DNA of 35,002 nt from a virus. A model generated the notes under the pieces. It made no database searches. It was not told the origin of the DNA and was given only the letters and a program-made list of their open reading frames with translations. The DNA lies in the UHGV virus genome UHGV-0140552; one strand, written 5' to 3'. Each line of letters opens with the position of its first letter. Position 1 is the first letter of the stretch. Shown one piece after another: positions 6,679 through 14,888 of the stretch. The position numbers and the translations under genes were made by a program.

Positions 6679-7671
6679 ATGAATATTTTGCCATTACTCG
6701 ACAGGCCGATCGCCTTCCAGCGTAGTTTCATTCGCCTGAATATCGGTGTGACGGCTGCACTGTTCCTGTCTCAAATGACTTACTGGACTAACCGATCCGA
6801 CGATGATGGATGGGTATATAAAACCCAGGAAGAATGGGAGGAAGAAACAGGCCTTTCCCGTTACGAACAGGAGGGGGCGCGTAAGAAACTTCGCTCAATT
6901 GGTGTACTGCTGGAAAAAAAGAAAGGTGTACCTGCTCGTCTTTTCTACAAGATTGATAATGATGTTTTATTTCAATCACTTGTAGCCGCAAACAAGAATG
7001 CGGAAAAACCACATACTGGAATGCGGAAAACCAGCAAACAAGTAAGTGGAAAACCAGCAAACTTTCTTACAGAGAATACTACAGAGAATATATATACCCC
7101 TAACCCCTTAGAGGGGGAAGGCGTTGAGTTAATTCTTTCTGATGCACAAAAAGCGCTGGAATTTTACAACGAGCAAACCGGTACCCGCTGCCGTGACCTG
7201 AAACCGTTTGTGATGATGCTGACGCCGACCACCACCCGGGAAGGTTACACCCTGGACGAATTGCAGTTAGTTATCCGCTGGGTGCTGGCCACATGGCGCC
7301 GCCGTGGCGATAGCCTGCCGAAGCCAGCGAACATCTGCCGGGTAAACCGCTTTGATGGTTATCTCGCTGACGCTGAAGCATGGGCGGTGACCGAAGCCGA
7401 TATTGACCCCGAAGCCGTTATGAACGGCTACAACGAAATTTTTGCTGACGCTCTGCCTGCTGCTGAACTCGACACCGACCGCCGCCGGATGATCACCCGT
7501 CTGGCCGCCCATATGAAAAACAAAACCACGGGCGCATTTCTGGGCTATTTCGAAAAATTCCGCGCTGACGCCTCCGATTTTTACTTTGGTGAAAATGGCG
7601 GATGGCGCGCCAGCTTTGACTACCTGATGAAGCCTGAAACATTGCGTAAAACTCGTGAGGGATCGCTATGA
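6679..7671 (+). CDS. Phage replication initiation protein (O-like / replisome organiser, 330 aa)
   Basis: Sits immediately upstream of, and translationally coupled to, the DnaB-type helicase gene. N-terminal DNA-binding-like region and a C-terminal region typical of phage replication proteins. Confidence 0.7.
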   Translation: MNILPLLDRPIAFQRSFIRLNIGVTAALFLSQMTYWTNRSDDDGWVYKTQEEWEEETGLSRYEQEGARKKLRSIGVLLEKKKGVPARLFYKIDNDVLFQSLVAANKNAEKPHTGMRKTSKQVSGKPANFLTENTTENIYTPNPLEGEGVELILSDAQKALEFYNEQTGTRCRDLKPFVMMLTPTTTREGYTLDELQLVIRWVLATWRRRGDSLPKPANICRVNRFDGYLADAEAWAVTEADIDPEAVMNGYNEIFADALPAAELDTDRRRMITRLAAHMKNKTTGAFLGYFEKFRADASDFYFGENGGWRASFDYLMKPETLRKTREGSL

Positions 7672-9056
7672 CTCCGCAGGAACTGGAATCTTGTGTACTG
7701 GCTGGACTGCTTAACGGTGGAGCAAGTCCGGACGCTTTCGACGTGATCGCATCGACGCCTGAAGAATCATTCAGCATTGTTTTTCATCGTCGCGCCTTCT
7801 CGGAAATCAAAAAACAGGCGTTGACGAACGGTCTGATCGATATGCTGTTTGTCAGTGAGGCTCTGGGAGGGAGTAGCCTGGCTGATTTATCAGAGATTTC
7901 GCGTATGCCCGCAACGGTACCAAACCTGAAAGGTTACGCCGGGAAAATGGTGAAGGCGTGGCGCAGCCGCCGTATGGCTGAATTACTGCAACATGGTGCT
8001 GATGGTATCCGCCAGGCGAATAATCAGGAGCAGCGCGATCAGATTGTCGAAACTGCCGTGGCGCAGCTGCTGGACATGACCGGCGACACTGGCGACGTGC
8101 AGCCGGTACACATGAGCGAATTATTGCCGGTGTACATGGAAACCATGCAGAAGCGCATGGACGGCGAAGAGGGTACTCGCAACCTGAAAACCGGGATCGA
8201 GGAACTGGACGATGCGACCGGCGGAATCAACCTGCAGGATTTGATTGTCGTCGCCGGGCGTCCGGGCATGGGAAAAACAGAATTTGCGCTGAAGATTGTC
8301 GATGGTGTTACCGCTGCTGGCGGTGGCGCGTTGATATTCAGCATGGAAATGGCCGCTGCGCAAATCGTAGAACGCTCTCTGGCGGGTTCTGGCAACATGT
8401 CAGTGTCACGCCTGCGTAATCCCCTCGATATGCAGGACGAGGACTGGGCGCGCTTTACCGCGGCCATGGAGACCATGAACGGGCGAGATATCTGGATCGT
8501 TGATGCTACCGATCTGACGATTGAGCAAATCCGCGCCGTTGCCGAAACGCATAAGCGCCGGTATCCGCATCTGGCGATGATCGTTGTCGATTACCTTGGC
8601 CTGATAAAAAAACCGAAGGCAGAGCGTAACGACCTCGCGATCGCCCACATATCCCGAAACCTAAAAACTATGGCTATGCGCCTGCATACGCCGACGTTCG
8701 CGCTTAGCCAGCTTTCCCGCGCCGTGGATTCCCGCCCGGCGGCCCAGCGCCGCCCGGTCATGTCAGACCTGCGCGATTCCGGTTCCATTGAGCAGGACGC
8801 CGACAGCATCATGTTTCTGTACCGCGATGAGGTTTACAACCCGGAAAGCCCGGCGGCTGGCGTCGCTGAAATTATCCTGGGTAAAAGCCGCTTCAGCGCC
8901 GCAGGCGCAATTATTTATCAGGAATTTAAAAACGGACACTTTCTGTCAATGGATCAGCATGTTGGCAAAGAGAAAACACGTATCCAACTGGAGGCCGCGA
9001 AACCCCGGAAACAACCCCGTAAATACTCAGAGAAATTCAATACCGATGCATTTTAA
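7668..9056 (+). CDS. Replicative DNA helicase, DnaB family (462 aa)
   Basis: Walker A GRPGMGKTEF, Walker B-like IVVDYLGLI, and overall DnaB C-terminal RecA-fold layout. Confidence 0.9.
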   Translation: MTPQELESCVLAGLLNGGASPDAFDVIASTPEESFSIVFHRRAFSEIKKQALTNGLIDMLFVSEALGGSSLADLSEISRMPATVPNLKGYAGKMVKAWRSRRMAELLQHGADGIRQANNQEQRDQIVETAVAQLLDMTGDTGDVQPVHMSELLPVYMETMQKRMDGEEGTRNLKTGIEELDDATGGINLQDLIVVAGRPGMGKTEFALKIVDGVTAAGGGALIFSMEMAAAQIVERSLAGSGNMSVSRLRNPLDMQDEDWARFTAAMETMNGRDIWIVDATDLTIEQIRAVAETHKRRYPHLAMIVVDYLGLIKKPKAERNDLAIAHISRNLKTMAMRLHTPTFALSQLSRAVDSRPAAQRRPVMSDLRDSGSIEQDADSIMFLYRDEVYNPESPAAGVAEIILGKSRFSAAGAIIYQEFKNGHFLSMDQHVGKEKTRIQLEAAKPRKQPRKYSEKFNTDAF

Positions 9057-9094
9057 CCGCGCCTGACCAGCGCGATTTAACTGAGGAAAGACCA

Positions 9095-9763
9095 ATGACC
9101 ACGAATTTAAATTACCCAAAACCAGTAAAACCGGATGATGGCTGCAACTGGCTCCCCGTTATTCTCTGGCGCATGAATGCCGGTGCGCGCGCCCGTAGCC
9201 GTTCCGTGTTCGTAGCGGCGCCACGTCCGGCCCCTGTACCAGGCATCACCCCGCAAAAACCGATTAAGCGAGAAATTATCGCCCCTACGGTTTCCGGCCG
9301 CAGGCGTAAAACCCACATCGGCACCGTGATTTATTCCAGAGGTGAAAAAAGCGTTCGCCTTAGCGAAGGCGCGACTGTCTGGTCTGCTGGCTCAAATGAG
9401 CATTTCGATAAAAAAACGGGCCAGCGCGTCGGCAGTATTGGCCGTCACCGTCTGGTGCTGGAGAGTATCCGCCCATTGCAGGCCAGCGACGCACAACAGG
9501 ACGCCGGGAGCGTCACCGCGCAGCAACTGGTAGCCGTGATGAAAGGCAAAACGCTTTCTTACCAGGGCATTCTGGCATTAATCCAGAAGCACTATCCCGA
9601 TTGTCAGGTGACGACTAAAGAACTTCACGATCGCGTGTTCGGCATGTTCATGTCGAATTACGTGGGTATCACCCGTCACGACGATATGCCGGTGGTTCAC
9701 TTCACGCTTAACAGCGTCGATCCCCGTTATTACATCGAGTCAGCGAAGAACAAGAGGGCATAA
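9095..9763 (+). CDS. Hypothetical protein (222 aa)
   Basis: ORF preceded by the GAGGAAAGACCA motif. Coding-like composition, no recognisable domain. Confidence 0.65.
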   Translation: MTTNLNYPKPVKPDDGCNWLPVILWRMNAGARARSRSVFVAAPRPAPVPGITPQKPIKREIIAPTVSGRRRKTHIGTVIYSRGEKSVRLSEGATVWSAGSNEHFDKKTGQRVGSIGRHRLVLESIRPLQASDAQQDAGSVTAQQLVAVMKGKTLSYQGILALIQKHYPDCQVTTKELHDRVFGMFMSNYVGITRHDDMPVVHFTLNSVDPRYYIESAKNKRA

Positions 9764-9766
9764 GGC

Positions 9767-10000
9767 ATGGCCGGGCAATCAGATTACTTGCCGCCCGGCT
9801 TACCGCTTAATCGCGCCAAATGGCCGCAGGAGTGCCAGATCAAAGAGCACTACGACATGCGGGCCGCGGCACTCATACGCCAGCTGTTCGAGAAAAAAGT
9901 TACTCGACAGGCCATCGTAGAGCAGATTGCAGCGACGCCGGAAAGCTACCGGGAGTTTTTCAAAGAACGATTAAATTTTTGGCGGGAGAAGCGGACATGA
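9767..10000 (+). CDS. Hypothetical small protein (77 aa)
   Basis: ORF packed between neighbours; stop overlaps the next start (ATGA). Confidence 0.5.
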   Translation: MAGQSDYLPPGLPLNRAKWPQECQIKEHYDMRAAALIRQLFEKKVTRQAIVEQIAATPESYREFFKERLNFWREKRT

Positions 10001-10167
10001 AATTTTCAACACCTGATTTTATGCATTGCAGCCGCAGGACGCTGATGCTGTTCGTACTCAGTGCAAACGTTGTTGGCTGGATAGTCATTATCGCTCTGAT
10101 ATGGGCTGGATGTGAGGTTGCACAGTGGGCGCTGGAATGTCTCCGCAGTAGTGGGGTGCTTGCGTGA
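9997..10167 (+). CDS. Small hydrophobic (membrane) protein, 56 aa
   Basis: ATG 9997 overlaps the upstream stop. One clear hydrophobic helix (LMLFVLSANVVGWIVIIALIWAG). The stop overlaps the GTG start of the methyltransferase gene. Confidence 0.4.
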   Translation: MKFSTPDFMHCSRRTLMLFVLSANVVGWIVIIALIWAGCEVAQWALECLRSSGVLA

Positions 10168-10754
10168 ATAACAAATACACCCTGATTTATTGCGATCCGC
10201 CCTGGACTTATCGCGACAAAGCCAACGATGGGGAACGCGGCGCCGGGCACAAATACCAGACCATGACTGTGCTCGATATCTGCCGTCTCCCGGTCTGGGA
10301 ACTGGCCGCTGAAAACTGCCTGCTGGCTATGTGGTGGGTACCTACTCAGCCGCTGGAGGCGTTACGAGTAGTCGAGGCGTGGGGGTTCCGCCTGATGACC
10401 ATGAAAGGCTTTACGTGGAACAAATGCTACAGCCGGCAGACCGACAAACTGGCCCTTGGAATGGGCCATATGACCAGGGCGAACAGTGAGGATTGCCTTT
10501 TCGCTGTGCAGGGGAAATTGCCCGCCCGGCTGGATGCCGGGATCGTTCAGTCATTCACGGCCCCGCGTCTGGAGCATTCGCGCAAACCGGATATCGTGCG
10601 CGAAAAGCTTGTGCAGCTGCTGGGCGATGTACCGCGTATTGAGTTATTCGCCCGCCAGTCTTCGCATGGTTTCGACGTGTGGGGCAACCAGTGTGAATCG
10701 CCAGCGGTGGCGCTGCTGCCGGGCATTGCGGAATATATCGGGGAGGTTTCTTAA
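10164..10754 (+). CDS. DNA N6-adenine methyltransferase, MT-A70 family (196 aa), orphan phage MTase, GTG start
   Basis: Catalytic DPPW motif (IYCDPPW) near the N-terminus. No adjacent restriction endonuclease gene. Confidence 0.85.
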   Translation: MNNKYTLIYCDPPWTYRDKANDGERGAGHKYQTMTVLDICRLPVWELAAENCLLAMWWVPTQPLEALRVVEAWGFRLMTMKGFTWNKCYSRQTDKLALGMGHMTRANSEDCLFAVQGKLPARLDAGIVQSFTAPRLEHSRKPDIVREKLVQLLGDVPRIELFARQSSHGFDVWGNQCESPAVALLPGIAEYIGEVS

Positions 10755-10919
10755 CCATGAATAACAGTACACAGGATTTTATAGACTATGAGTTCTCCAT
10801 GCTTCAAACTGTCACTATAGATTTTGTACTGACGGTATGTTAAAAATGTAGATGGATTTTTGTTTGACAAAAATTTAACCGCTTGTGTCCTTAAGAGTTT
10901 TATTAAAACTAGGTTTTTT

Positions 10920-11402
10920 ATGATAAAAATAGATGAACTAAAAGAAGCCGTTTCTACTTTTGATGACGTTTCTGATCTCAATGTTTCTAACAAAGGAGTT
11001 AATTTTAAATACCAAGGCGTTCAGACTATTATTAATACGTGTGAGAGTGATAAAATTTCAGCGAATAAAATAATTGTTATGAATTCTTTTAAGTCCCCGG
11101 AATCTATTGACAGTAAGATTATGGGTGAAAAAATCGCGGAGATTGTTAATATGACTTCGCTGTCCCCTGCGAAGACTACTTATGTACACTTCCCTGATGA
11201 TGGTGGAGCATTCTTTTTTAGAAATATATTTTCGGATAAATTAAATGCTTTGGAATATAATGACGATGTTTCCAGGCGGCTATTCTTATCTAATTTGAAG
11301 GTTGTTCTTCTCGGAATGATGCTGGAGAATTATAACTGCTTTCATGATGTTAAAGAAGAGGCTTCGAAACTGTGTGAGGCGCTGAATGATGAAAGCAAAT
11401 GA
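10920..11402 (+). CDS. Hypothetical cytoplasmic protein (160 aa), gene 1 of an AT-rich two-gene cassette
   Basis: ORF in a markedly AT-rich island. First ATG at 10920 (the ORF track extends to a TTG at 10860). No recognisable motif. Confidence 0.6.
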   Translation: MIKIDELKEAVSTFDDVSDLNVSNKGVNFKYQGVQTIINTCESDKISANKIIVMNSFKSPESIDSKIMGEKIAEIVNMTSLSPAKTTYVHFPDDGGAFFFRNIFSDKLNALEYNDDVSRRLFLSNLKVVLLGMMLENYNCFHDVKEEASKLCEALNDESK

Positions 11403-11787
11403 TGCTCCACGTATAATTATACAGCTGATTTTAAGTGCGTTTGTATTTTTTGCTTTCTCTTTTAAATATAAGGCCCAATTAATAGGGTTTCTTTCTGAAC
11501 AGGTATATTACCAATTGTTGATAATAACAGTCATATTGACTGGGTATTTTTCACGCTGGATTGATGAGTTGCGTATTTTCTTATGTCATCATTTTATGAT
11601 GACTTGCAATAAGCAATATAAAGTAAAGTATCTCAAGGACAATGCATCGGTTTTGTTAAAGCAGGCAGAGAATGCTAATATTTCAGAAGAAGCGAAAGCA
11701 ATGGTTTCTGAAATGACTGGTTCAGATTTTGAATTGGAGGTTAAAATTAAATCTTTAAGTGAGGAAATAAAAAGAATAAAAGGTTGA
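11386..11787 (+). CDS. Predicted membrane protein with 2 TM helices and a C-terminal coiled coil (133 aa), gene 2 of the AT-rich cassette
   Basis: Two hydrophobic segments (IIIQLILSAFVFFAFSF; QLLIITVILTGYF). Overlaps the upstream gene by 17 nt, implying co-translation. Confidence 0.65.
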   Translation: MMKANDAPRIIIQLILSAFVFFAFSFKYKAQLIGFLSEQVYYQLLIITVILTGYFSRWIDELRIFLCHHFMMTCNKQYKVKYLKDNASVLLKQAENANISEEAKAMVSEMTGSDFELEVKIKSLSEEIKRIKG

Positions 11788-11831
11788 TGGAGTGTTTATT
11801 ATTTGAGATAGGACTAATTATGAATTGTTAA

Positions 11832-11866
11832 ATAAATGAAGAGGTGATCTCACTCTCTTCATTTAT
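11832..11866 (+). terminator. Perfect 12-bp inverted repeat ATAAATGAAGAG / CTCTTCATTTAT with 11-nt loop; possible cassette terminator or protein-binding palindrome
   Basis: Read from sequence, 45 nt downstream of the cassette stop codon. The U-tract is weak. Confidence 0.4.
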
Positions 11867-11940
11867 CATCTAGTAAGTTATCAGTTCCAGTGGACAGAAA
11901 AAATAATATTTTACGTTGAGATAATTCCCTATGCATAGGT

Positions 11941-12147
11941 TCAGAAAATAATAGGGATGAGATGTAGGTTACTGGACAAAAATCGAGCTAGTAGGCCGAG
12001 TACATCGCTATGCTGATCCGATAGGATGATGCGCGAGTTAGTGGCCACATCAAATCGATCAGCAAACGCCTGTGTGGAAAGTGCGATGAGTCGCTGCCAA
12101 TCATCTCCTGCCCGTGTGCTTAAACTGTCAGCATAGCGAACAACCAT
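11941..12147 (-). CDS. Doubtful small ORF (68 aa from ATG 12147)
   Basis: ORF without a convincing Shine-Dalgarno. Could be a gene remnant. Confidence 0.25.
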   Translation of the reverse strand: MVVRYADSLSTRAGDDWQRLIALSTQAFADRFDVATNSRIILSDQHSDVLGLLARFLSSNLHLIPIIF

Positions 12148-12278
12148 ACCAGACAAAACAGAACCGTCAGAAATGGCGGTTTTCTTTATAATTCAATCGG
12201 ATATTTTGAGGTTTATTGTTGATTTTTAACGATTCGTGCTCTTAAAAATTTGCGCTCACTGTCAGTTGGTAGTATATA

Positions 12279-12298
12279 TACTGTAATTTTATACAGTA
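12279..12298. promoter_or_regulatory. LexA (SOS) box TACTGT-AATTTTAT-ACAGTA
   Basis: Perfect CTGT-N8-ACAG with the flanking TA/TA of the E. coli-type consensus TACTGTATATATATACAGTA. Overlaps a candidate promoter (-35 TTGGTA 12266-12271, -10 TATACA 12290-12295) and lies 20 nt upstream of a GTG start. Confidence 0.7.
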
Positions 12299-12318
12299 TT
12301 GTTGTTGAGGGAGAGGTA

Positions 12319-12510
12319 GTGGTTGATAAGAAAGACGCAGGAGACCTTCTCCCCGACGATGGTGATGTACTGATAACGTGTGAAAATGGGAAGATTAAGA
12401 AGACCAGAATTGTCCATTCCGATGAGCACGTAGCGACACTTAACGCGTTGTTTGAATTAGCTAAATTGACGGGTTATACCATTATCAAACCAGACGGCAA
12501 TATGCTATAA
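12319..12510 (+). CDS. Small protein (63 aa, GTG start) under the LexA box; candidate SOS-controlled antirepressor or induction factor
   Basis: GGGAGAGG Shine-Dalgarno 5-6 nt upstream of GTG 12319. The longer ORF-track call would place the LexA box inside the coding region. Confidence 0.5.
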   Translation: MVDKKDAGDLLPDDGDVLITCENGKIKKTRIVHSDEHVATLNALFELAKLTGYTIIKPDGNML

Positions 12511-12578
12511 TTACCCCGTTGGCCTGAACACCCAACACCATGTAATTCTGAACAATTGCTGCGCTAAAGGGGAACCCA

Positions 12579-13175
12579 ATGGCGCAGTATTCTTTTGTAA
12601 AAGCACCCGGCGGTGTATTAATTCCGGCAACGCCTGACGCCCGCGAATTCTTAGAAAAAAAAGTCCGCATGGGCGGTATTCTGTATGCGGATTTTAAACA
12701 GGCAAGGAACCCGGCATTTCACCGTAAATTTTTTGCCCTCCTGAATCTGGGATTTGATTACTGGCAACCTTCCGGCGGTGCAATATCGCCAGCCGATAAA
12801 AAACTGGTTCGTGGTTACGTGCAGCTGGTGGCCCACTATGCCGGGCATGCCGACACATTGCAGGAACTGGCGGATCAGTATCTGCGCGATGAGGCAGAAA
12901 AACGCGCCGGGAATATCAGCGCGGTTAAATCGTTTGAAGCTTTCCGTTCCTGGGTAACTATCGAAGCCGGTTTTTATACCGAATACCAGATGCCTGATGG
13001 CACCACCCGCAAGGAACCCAAATCCATATCGTTCGCAAAAATGGACGATGTAGAATTTTCCCAGCTGTACAAATCCGTATTAGACGTCCTCTGGAATTTT
13101 ATTTTATTCCGCACCTTCCCTAATCAGCAGGCAGCAGAAAACGCAGCCTCTCAGCTTTTCAGTTATGCGGCCTGA
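12579..13175 (+). CDS. Conserved nin-region phage protein (198 aa), possibly DUF1367-like
   Basis: Good Shine-Dalgarno (AAAGGGGA) and coding-like composition. The family name is a tentative recollection. Confidence 0.6.
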   Translation: MAQYSFVKAPGGVLIPATPDAREFLEKKVRMGGILYADFKQARNPAFHRKFFALLNLGFDYWQPSGGAISPADKKLVRGYVQLVAHYAGHADTLQELADQYLRDEAEKRAGNISAVKSFEAFRSWVTIEAGFYTEYQMPDGTTRKEPKSISFAKMDDVEFSQLYKSVLDVLWNFILFRTFPNQQAAENAASQLFSYAA

Positions 13176-13185
13176 GGCGGACACT

Positions 13186-13662
13186 ATGAAATTCAATATT
13201 CGCTCTCATATCGTCGAGATGGATGAGGCCGACGCCTTGATCTTTGTGGGTTACCCCATCCACATCGGCTCGAATGGTTATGCAAAAGTCACCGGCTGGC
13301 ATTTTGGCAAGGAAAGATACCTTCATCGCGTCATCATGAATGCGGGGCCTCATGATGTTGTAGATCACATTGATGGTAATAAGCTCAACTGCACCCGCTC
13401 AAATCTGAGGATCTGCACACAGGCCGACAATACCAAAAATGTGGGCTTGAGGAGTGACAATAGCTCAGGAATTCCGGGAATTTACTGGGTATCCACTCGC
13501 CTAAAATGGGCGGCGCAAATTTCAGTTGATGGCAGGACCGTTAGTTTAGGCCGCTTTGATGAAATTGCCGATGCTATCAATGCCCGCCGGAAAGCAGAAG
13601 ATTTGTATTACGGGGAGTTTGCAGCCAGCAAGGGGGTGCTTTGTGAAAAAGCGCGCCAGTAA
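13186..13662 (+). CDS. HNH homing-type endonuclease with AP2-like DNA-binding domain (about 158 aa)
   Basis: HNH motif VDHIDGNKLNCTRSNLRICTQADNTKN, followed by an AP2-like segment GIPGIYW...WAAQISVDGRTVSLGRFDEIADA. An alternative ATG at 13165 is in frame. Confidence 0.85.
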   Translation: MKFNIRSHIVEMDEADALIFVGYPIHIGSNGYAKVTGWHFGKERYLHRVIMNAGPHDVVDHIDGNKLNCTRSNLRICTQADNTKNVGLRSDNSSGIPGIYWVSTRLKWAAQISVDGRTVSLGRFDEIADAINARRKAEDLYYGEFAASKGVLCEKARQ

Positions 13663-13957
13663 ATCAGATAAGCAATATTTCCAAGATCTCGTTGAGATAG
13701 GTTGTATTGTCTGCAAAGTACACTTCGGCGTGTACTCCGCCCCCGAAATCCATCACATCCGAACCGGTCAGGGCATAGCCCAGCGCGCCGACCACAAAGA
13801 AACTCTCCCGCTTTGCCCTCCACACCACAGAACCGGCGGACACGGCGTAGCTATCCACGCAGGGCAAAAAACGTGGGAAGAAAACTATGGAACGGAGACT
13901 GAATTGCTCGAACAGGTCACTAACGAGGTAAAGGAATTACGCTTATGCAGAATTTAA
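13643..13957 (+). CDS. DUF1364/YbcO-like Cys/His-motif protein (putative nuclease), GTG start
   Basis: Pattern C-x2-C ... HHIRTG ... C-P-x-HH resembles the YbcO family of lambdoid nin regions. AAGGGGG Shine-Dalgarno precedes GTG 13643. Confidence 0.5.
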   Translation: MKKRASKSDKQYFQDLVEIGCIVCKVHFGVYSAPEIHHIRTGQGIAQRADHKETLPLCPPHHRTGGHGVAIHAGQKTWEENYGTETELLEQVTNEVKELRLCRI

Positions 13958-14112
13958 TTCCGTCTCTAAGAGCAGCGGATAAATCTAGAAAGTGTGGTTG
14001 GCCAACAAGACGAGAAAGCATGAAATTCTGTTCAGGCTCCTTTTCGATTCTGGCGGGCGGCGATTTTGCCCTTCTCTATGCTCGCGCACGCGCGCGTTTA
14101 GGGGGCTGATTT

Positions 14113-14409
14113 ATGCCGCTGGTCGCCACCTTCCGTACAGACTGGTTCAGAGTCATTACCGACCTGACCAGAAAAAATCTCACCACTCAGCAAATCGCCG
14201 ATGAACTTGGCGTTTCAAAATCCGCCGTCCTCGGCTGGAAATCTGGATCAGAGCCTCGCCATGGTCACGGTGAAGCGCTGATTGCTCTCTGGTGTCTGGC
14301 TACCAGCTCAGACCGTAAAAAACTCCCTACTGTGCTTTACCGCCAGTGGTGGACGTTCCGCCGCCCTGTTTTTGGTCGGGAAACTGACCAAAAGGGCAAC
14401 ACACAATGA
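14113..14409 (+). CDS. Small HTH DNA-binding protein (98 aa); candidate late-gene regulator by position
   Basis: HTH-like segment LTTQQIADELGVSKSAVLGW. Last gene before the virion module. Confidence 0.45.
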   Translation: MPLVATFRTDWFRVITDLTRKNLTTQQIADELGVSKSAVLGWKSGSEPRHGHGEALIALWCLATSSDRKKLPTVLYRQWWTFRRPVFGRETDQKGNTQ

Positions 14410-14437
14410 CGACTCACTAACTCAGGAGTGAAAAAAA

Positions 14438-14878
14438 ATGGCTCGACCGAAAAAAATCGTTGAGATGCCGGGGCAGGAAAAAGCGGCGTCGGAAGAAAAA
14501 ACGCTCGTTACAGAGGGGCAGTTAATTACTGCTGAACAGAGCGGCGTGCAGCAGCAGGGGAACGGCAGCGGCGAAGAGACCTTGCAGCAAAAGGTTTCAA
14601 CCCTGCTTGATAGCACTCAACTGGCAGAACGTAACGCCATTCTCGCCACGCTCAACGCGCAGGGTGCTGCCATCGTTGCCCGCTTCGAAGAGTACGCCTT
14701 CACTGACAGCCTCGATCACCCACTGACCAATAACCTCGATTTCCTCAATCTGGTACGCAAAGCCACCGATGTAAGCACTGGCGGTACGGCGGAGCAGGTG
14801 ACAAACGAGGAAGGCAAAAAGCAACCAGTACGCAGCGCGCCGGTATTAACCGAACACGGCTGGCACGTTCCAGGCTAA
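14438..14878 (+). CDS. Hypothetical protein (146 aa), first gene of the virion module
   Basis: Strong Shine-Dalgarno (CAGGAG). Sits just upstream of the gp6.7-like and portal genes. Confidence 0.6.
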   Translation: MARPKKIVEMPGQEKAASEEKTLVTEGQLITAEQSGVQQQGNGSGEETLQQKVSTLLDSTQLAERNAILATLNAQGAAIVARFEEYAFTDSLDHPLTNNLDFLNLVRKATDVSTGGTAEQVTNEEGKKQPVRSAPVLTEHGWHVPG

Positions 14879-14888
14879 GGAGATTTTT

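Noticed and set aside
10860-11402. Extended 180-aa version of cassette gene 1 starting at TTG 10860
   Set aside because: The TTG overlaps a TTGACA-like sequence and has no RBS. The first ATG (10920) is used instead.
12250-12510. 86-aa ORF starting at TTG 12250
   Set aside because: It would place the LexA box and promoter inside the coding region. The GTG at 12319 with a Shine-Dalgarno is the likely start.
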